Origin: Eledone cirrhosa
Lineage: Eukaryota
Length of the DNA: 64,000 nucleotides
Direction of reading: 5' to 3'
Assembly (NCBI GenBank): GCA_964016885.1
Contig: OZ024740.1
Coordinates: 250,232,001-250,296,000, forward strand
Part shown: positions 56,949-64,000 of the stretch, one piece after another
Numbering within the stretch: position 1 is the stretch's first letter
Layout of the letters: each line of letters opens with the position of its first letter
The notes under the pieces: generated by a model
Databases searched by the model: none
Told to the model about the DNA's origin: nothing
What the model saw: only the letters and a program-made list of their open reading frames with translations
Program-made: the position numbers and the translations under genes

Positions 56949-57204
56949 TAATTATATTGTATTGATTTTTATACATTATATATATATATATATATATAGT
57001 ATTAAGGATACTATTTATGGTTATGTATGTAATAAAACCTTTTATGGTTATATATTTTTTATACAAACCCTAAATAGTGAAAGATAGTCATTAATTACTA
57101 TCTTATTACCAGTAAGATAAATAGCTCAATGTAATAACATCGGTTGTTTTACAGAGCAGTTATATAGAGATTACAATAATCAAAGTTCAGTTTAAATCAT
57201 TTAT

Positions 57205-57253
57205 TTGCTTACAATCGTTTCCTCCAAACCGAGGTTTGGATTCTTCGGAGCAA
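57205..57253 (-). ncRNA. Type I hammerhead with U4C core change
   Basis: minus strand: ttgct CCGAAGA a tccaaac ctcg gtttgga g GAAA cgattg TA agcaa. Confidence 0.7.
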
Positions 57254-57399
57254 CTATTAAGTGATCTATAACATACTTGACCTCCTTTTCAACACAAGAG
57301 ACATATATAAAAACATATGCACATATTGATCCACAGTGGGATGACATCCATCAAAATGATATAGCATGGCAATTTACATATAAAGGTTAAAGGATAAAG

Positions 57400-57543
57400 A
57401 TAAAAATAAAAATAAAAATAAAAATAAAAATAAAAATAAAAATAAAAATAAAAATAAAAATAAAAATAAAAATAAAAATAAAAATAAAAATAAAAATAAA
57501 AATAAAAATAAAAATAAAAATAAAAATAAAAATAAAAATAAAA
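57400..57543. repeat. (TAAAAA)n microsatellite
   Basis: direct. Confidence 0.95.
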
Positions 57544-57949
57544 TTGATACCATAATGTTAATATTTTTAATTTAGTTATGCTATAATTAATACTCTACTA
57601 CTGTTTAACTTCAAAATTCCGCTTCAAATATTATAAACCTAAGTAGTATACACCTTAGAAATCAATATATTAACTATTTTTAATTTAGTTAATTAATAGT
57701 ATACTTATATTAAAATGCATAATTTTGCCTTCTTCCTTACATTTCCTAATACTAAAACTACTATGTAAACACATATTATGATCTAAATGCAGATTAATAT
57801 TCTTATTTACTATTTCCCACTAATAATTTTAATCCCCTTCCCCCCCTATAATTATTTGTATTTGTAAGCGTGGATGTATGTATGTGTATGTAAGTAGGTA
57901 TGTATGTTTGAGTGTTTGTATGTGAGTATAAAAATACATATGTGCGCAT

Positions 57950-57968
57950 GTAAATAAGTGTGTATGTC

Positions 57969-58001
<33 letters not shown>

Positions 58002-58134
58002 GTATATATATGTATGTATATATATGTGTATGTATATGTGTGTGTATGTATATGTCTATGTATATATATATGTGTGTATGTATATATGTATGTGTGCGTG
58101 TGTATGTGTGTATATATATTTGTAGAGATGTGTG

Positions 58135-58190
<56 letters not shown>

Positions 58191-58250
58191 CATAATTGTC
58201 TGACTGTGTGTATTTATTTATTTATTTTTTTCTTTATATATATATATGTA

Positions 58251-58307
<57 letters not shown>

Positions 58308-58352
58308 ATATGTGTGTGTGTATGTGTATATAGATTTATGTGTATGTATATA

Positions 58353-58393
<41 letters not shown>

Positions 58394-58831
58394 GTGTGTA
58401 TGTATATCTCTTTATTTATGTATGTCTGAGTTGTGTGAGTGTGTGGTTGCATGTGTATATACATATATGGATATGTGTGTGTGTGTGTATATATATACGT
58501 ATATATATGTGTGAGTCTGTGTGTATATATATATGTGCGTGTATGTGTATATATATGTATATATGTGTGTATATATGTGTGTATATATATGTGTGTGTAT
58601 GTATATATGTATATGTATGTAAGTGTGTCTATGTGTATACATATATGTGTATATATATACGTGTGTTGAGAATATATGTATATATATATGTGTGTGTATG
58701 TATGTGTGTCTATGTATTTATATATGTATGTGTATGTGTCTCTATGTATATGTGTATGTATATGTGCGTGTATATATGTATGTATATGTATGTGTATATA
58801 TACATATATGTATATATATATATATGTATAT

Positions 58832-58900
<69 letters not shown>
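57950..58900. repeat. Long degenerate (TA/TG)n microsatellite
   Basis: direct. Confidence 0.95.
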
Positions 58901-58903
<3 letters not shown>

Positions 58904-59526
58904 CGGTGTGTATTTTATGTATGAGTATATATTTTATTTGTTTATGTTTTTTAATATATTTCTTTTTATTTCTAAATTTATAGATACATTTTATAAATAG
59001 GCAGTTCTGACACCCTTAGTAATTACTGACCCCCTTCACCATCTTCTGCATATAGATGTAAAAATGTATGTGGCAGTGTTTTTGTGTGTGCGCCTTAATA
59101 TCCATGTAGTTATAATAATAATATATACATATGTGAGTGTGTGTGTATGTGTGTGTGTGTGTGTGTATGTTCGTGGGTATGTGTATGTTTATGTGTATAT
59201 GCGCGTGTGTGTGTGAATGTATGTATATGTGTGTGTATATATGAATGTGTATATATGTTTATATACGTATGTGTATTTTATCTGTAGATTATAAACATAC
59301 AGAGACATTAGCCCTGAATTTTTGTATTTGCATACATTTTTTCGACATGCGTATGCATGTGAACATATATTCTTATGCATATCTGTGAACGAAGTTACTT
59401 ACATATATACACACACCTAACTGTATTTTCTTGATATATTTTTGTGTATTTCATTGGTCAATTTGAACTCTGTTCCCAAACAGACCTGTAATTTTGAATT
59501 GTTGTTATTATCAATAAATATATTTC

Positions 59527-59673
59527 ATTATTTCTGAAGACGGCATATGTATGTGTTGGTATGTATATTAGATTTGATAGTTTGTATAATTTTGTATAAT
59601 TTTGTACATAGATCTGTTGAATATGCATGCCAATTCTAACACATATATGTCCTAGAAACGATCGTTAAATAAT
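59527..59673 (+). ncRNA. Type I hammerhead with ~114-nt helix II insertion
   Basis: attattt CTGAAGA [cggcatatgtatgtgttgg..ctaacacatatatgtccta] GAAA cgatcg TT aaataat. Confidence 0.7.
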
Positions 59674-59928
59674 TAACTTTTTTTGTTTAATATAAGGAAC
59701 TGTTTCATTGTTTTATTCATTATTTTTTTAATACTTTATCTTGACTCTGTATTCCGTTTATCTTTCACCGAAAGTGATTTTTGAATGCATCTCTTCTTTC
59801 CATGATATCCGGATTACATTGAGTTCTTCATACGGATTGGACACTACCGTAAACTCTTGGTAGATTTATCTACATATATATATATACACGATATTAATAA
59901 ATGGAAACTATATTTATAAAACCATATT

Positions 59929-59993
59929 TATTTCATTATACATATTTCAGGGACACCAAATTAAATTATGGTATGCCTTCATCAGACAAAATA
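59929..59993 (-). ncRNA. Type I hammerhead in inverted pLTR (direct copy at ~60327-60391 has C3U)
   Basis: minus strand: tattttgt CTGATGA aggcatacca..tggtgtccct GAAA tatgta TA atgaaata. Confidence 0.8.
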
Positions 59994-60562
59994 CAATATA
60001 TAACAGTTTTACAAATAAGCTTTGACGTACCCTTTTAAAATGCAACCATTATTTTTGGAAGCCATCCGGATAGTGAGTTGTTTATATTATTTTAATAAGT
60101 CATAGTGTTAAGGACAATTAGAAAAAGACGGAGAGAAAGAAAAAGACGGAGAGATAGAAAGAAAAAACATGGAGAAATATCGGAGAGAGAGAAAAGCATG
60201 GAGAAAAAAGAAAGAGATAAATAAAGACAGGAGGAAAGAAAGAAAACAGAATGGATGGCTTCCAAAAATAATGGTTGCATTTTAAAAGGGTACGTCAAAG
60301 CTTATTTGTAAAACTGTTATATATTGTATTTTGTTTGATGAAGGCATACCATAATTTAATTTGGTGTCCCTGAAATATGTATAATGAAATAAATATGGTT
60401 TTATAAATATAGTTTCCATTTATTAATATCGTATATCTACTTGTCGAGTGCTTTATATCAGTTATAAAAATATTTACTTGTTGTATCCCAACAATTTTAA
60501 ATAGAACTTTTGCCTATATTCTGCTCCTGTATTGTTGAGCGCTTTACATTATAACTGAAAAA

Positions 60563-62793
60563 ATGGAATTCTTTAAGATCTCTTCTTCTCTAAAAGACAT
60601 ACCTCTACCTGGGAACAAAGATTTTATTAAACAATTAATAGAAAAATCAGACTCTTTTATCAGAAAAATCAGGTGGCGTGCTTTCCACTTTGATAAATCT
60701 AATCTAAATGAAAATGTTTCAAATCTGGATAAAATTTTCAAATCTAAAAAAAATCCACCCCCAACAAACTACTAATGGATTTTGAAAATGATATCGTATC
60801 TATCATCCAAGGCATCAAATTCAAAAAAAAACTTCAAAGGCCAGGATTACTTAAGAAGTATTAAGGATAATATTGAAAACTTGGAGAAAACAGAGAAAAT
60901 TCTAGTGAAGTCGGACAAAACTAATAATCTTTATGGAATACAAAAGGACATGTATAACGACCTTATATTGAAAGAACTAAGGAAAAAGTACAAGGTAGCA
61001 AATAAGGACGAACTTGAAAAACTGAATACAGATGCATCTTGTATAATGCATGAATTAGACATTGAGAATAAAACACAACCCTTCATGCCTAGGAAACCTA
61101 AGATCAATATGAAGGATCACAAAAGAAACTTTGAAAATGATTTACCAGTCAGATTAATTGCACCATCTAAATCTGACCTGGACAAACTTAGCAAAAATAT
61201 TCTAGACAGGGTAATACAACAAATTAAAAACTTACCTAATTTATCTTACTTAAAATTATTGAAAGGGACTAGTGAGGTTATCGATTGGTTTAAAGAAATT
61301 AAATATAACTATAATAATAAGTTTATTCAGCTGGATATTGCTAACTACTATTCATCTATCACTCCTAATCTACTGAATAAGGCACTAAATTATGCATTTA
61401 AACATACAGACCTAACTAGCAATGAAATGCACATTATATTATCGGCAAGGAAAACATTGATAGAATTTAATAACCAACTCTGGACTAGGGCAGATAGAAA
61501 TAATAATTTCGACATAACTATGGCATCATCAGACTCAGCTCAGGTAACGGACCTTGTGGGCCTATTTATAATTAATTCGCTACATAGAAAAATACCAGGT
61601 GTAACCGGAGGCTTATATCGTGATGACATGCTTTTACTTATACAAAATAATAGCTGTGAACTAAATAGGAAAAGAAAACAAATTATACAATTTTTTAATT
61701 ACCTTAATCTAAAAGTAGAAATAGAGAATAACCATAAAATAGTCAATTTTCTTGACGTAACACTAAATCTCAACACATGTCTTCATTATCAATTTCACAA
61801 ACTAAATGAGAACTTGAATTATGTTAATTTTAACTCTAATCACCCCAGATCTGTTAAAAATACTATAGTGAACTCTGTTCAAGAAAGAATTTCAAGAATT
61901 TCATCTAATAAAAATATATTTGATGAAAAAGCGCAGTATTACAACGAAGCGTTAGGTAGAGCTGGATATAGAAATAAAATTAAATACATTGATAATAATA
62001 ATAATAAGCAAACTAACCAAAATAATAACAATTTTAATTATGGTAACAACTTTAACAACTATAATAGAAAATATTACAATAATTCCAAAAGCCGAAAAAG
62101 AAATAGAACTAGAAATATATTATGGTTTGCTCCCCCTTTTCTCACTAAATATTAAAACCCCTATTGCTAAACTATTCTTTAAAGCTCTTGACAAACGCTT
62201 CCCTAGAACACATAAATATTACTCAATTTTTAATAGACACACTATAAAATTAACTTACTCGTCCACCAAAAATTTAGCACAAAATATTAATAGAATTAAT
62301 AATAGAAATTTAAAACCTAACCAAAATACCAATAATAACCCAAGCAATATTCAATTGAATAACTGTAACTGTAGAAATAAATCTAACTGTCCGTTAAATA
62401 ACAACTGCTTAGCTAAAAATGTAGTGTACAATTGTAATGTTAAAACTAATTTAAATTCATTTAACTATGTTGGTTCTACCTCTACAGAATTTAAATTTCG
62501 CTTCAATAATCATAAAAACTCTTTCACAGATCCAAACAAAAAAATCTTCAACTTCGCTATCTAGCCTACTATGGGACCTAAAACGAGATAATGTTAAATA
62601 TTCGATGACTTGGAATATTATTTCATAAGCTACTCCTTTTAATTCCTCTTCAGAAAATTGTGATCTTTGTATTGAAGAAATATTCTTTATATTAAAGTCC
62701 AAAAATTCCCTTAATTTAAGGAACAATTTATTCAGTTGCTGCAGACATAGATTGAACTCAACGTTTAAATATAAATATAAATTTAAAACGTAG
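60563..62793 (+). pseudogene. PLE RT + GIY-YIG ORF with about three frameshifts
   Basis: KSDKTNN, QLDIANYYSSI, GLYRDD, CNCRNKSNCPLNNNC (CxCx5Cx5C), VVY..YVGST, CDLC..CRH. Confidence 0.9.
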
Positions 62794-64000
62794 TATAATT
62801 AATTAAGTAATTTAGTTAATATATGAAACCTGTCGATAAATCATTAGATTCTTTCACCTTTTTTTTTTTAAACTTTCTTCCTAAATATAAACATAGATAT
62901 AATAAACTACTCTAAAATGTCTATACTTCCAATGTCTTAAATAAAATGTAAGTAAGATAAATTTCTATACTAAATATAAGGATATCTGTAGAATCCTTGG
63001 GTTTTTTAAATCTTTTAAATATTTTAATCTTTTAAACTTTTTTAAATTTTTTAAATTTTTAAATTATATTGATATAATAGTTATTTAACTTTTATTTTAT
63101 TTTTATTTTTATTTATTTTTATTAGTTTTGTTTTGATTCTGATAGCTTCTCATAATTTTCATAAGTCTACCCTTTCAATATCTTGATTGAAATATACGTA
63201 GGATAAATTTCTATACTAAATATATGAAACATATTATTTTAACTTAAGATACTCTATAGTGTTTTAAAGATATTTAATGCTTTGATATTTCTAGAATTCG
63301 TTTGTCCTTTTGACTATACTGATATAATTGTATTTCCAAAATATAATCCTTTGGTATTTTAAATTTATATTGTTATAATTATATTTCCAAAGTATAATCC
63401 TTAGTAATATATTGATATTTGATTATCTCTATACAAATGTGTATGTGTGTATTAACATGCATATAAAAATGTTATAGGTTTTTTATGATTGTATGTATGT
63501 CTGTATGTATACATGAGCGATGCGGGAAGACGCACGCAAATATTTATTTATACATATATATGTGTATATGTATATATATGTGTATGTATGTGTGTGGGTA
63601 AGAGATATGTTGCCTAACCACGCAGTTTTGATTGCAGATATGCATAATTTTAACAGAATGTTAAATGCATGAATGGTAATCGTATATATGAAGACATGAA
63701 TGTTAATCGTATATATTTATGTATATATACTGTGAACTTTTTATAACACAAGGAATGTATAGCAGTGATTAAGAGAAATCGTCTGCGTTTTGTATGTCTA
63801 TATTGTTGACTTGAGTAAATATAATTTCTATTTTCAGGACGTGCGTATATATATATATATATATATATATTTGTGTGTCTTTGCCTAAGATACTGATTTC
63901 TCTAGCAATGTGTACATTTTGGAGATTAAACCCAAATTTTGGTATATTGATCTCAAGTTTTAAACTAAACATATAGTCATTATTAAACAATGTTTAATTT

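Larger units (their letters stand above)
53730..56975 (+). mobile_element. 5'-truncated PLE (Hydra-like) flanked by ~850-bp inverted pLTRs
   Basis: VDFLDINL, IIWFTPPY, RYVGMTQDKFK, CTLCINEK..CPH; 53730-54588 is the reverse complement of ~56115-56975. Confidence 0.9.
59890..64000 (+). mobile_element. Near full-length Hydra-like PLE: inverted partial pLTR, direct partial pLTR, ORF, 3' pLTR running off window
   Basis: 59890-60070 is the reverse complement of 60250-60432; coding 60563-62793. Confidence 0.92.

Noticed and set aside
57960-59000. Long YI/CV-rich ORFs (also 12748-12991, 19318-19662, 53041-53500)
   Set aside because: Translations of dinucleotide microsatellites

Overview
AT-rich, microsatellite-laden eukaryotic intergenic or intronic DNA; the repeat families suggest a cephalopod (octopus-like) genome, which is inference. 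I see no intact host gene. The window is a stack of decayed mobile elements: RTE-clade LINEs (some with a PHD finger inside the RT), seven L1/Tx1-clade copies (one near full length), CRE- and R4/Dong-like fragments, several Penelope-like elements (PLEs; Naiad-like and Hydra-like by motif), about 12 copies of one tRNA-derived SINE and two non-autonomous Helitrons. Main observations: (1) more than a dozen hammerhead-ribozyme (HHR) motifs from about 10 unrelated sequence families; (2) two non-coding elements of 1.2-1.5 repeat units whose 5' ends fall at or next to their predicted self-cleavage sites (retrozyme-like), one with an apparently helix-II-less type III core; (3) a pair of diverged ~601-nt terminally redundant units with no ribozyme I can recognise; (4) a Tx1 LINE and a SINE with similar 3' ends that repeatedly insert into (ATT)n, building polarised arrays. 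All alignments and folds were done by eye, so element boundaries are approximate.
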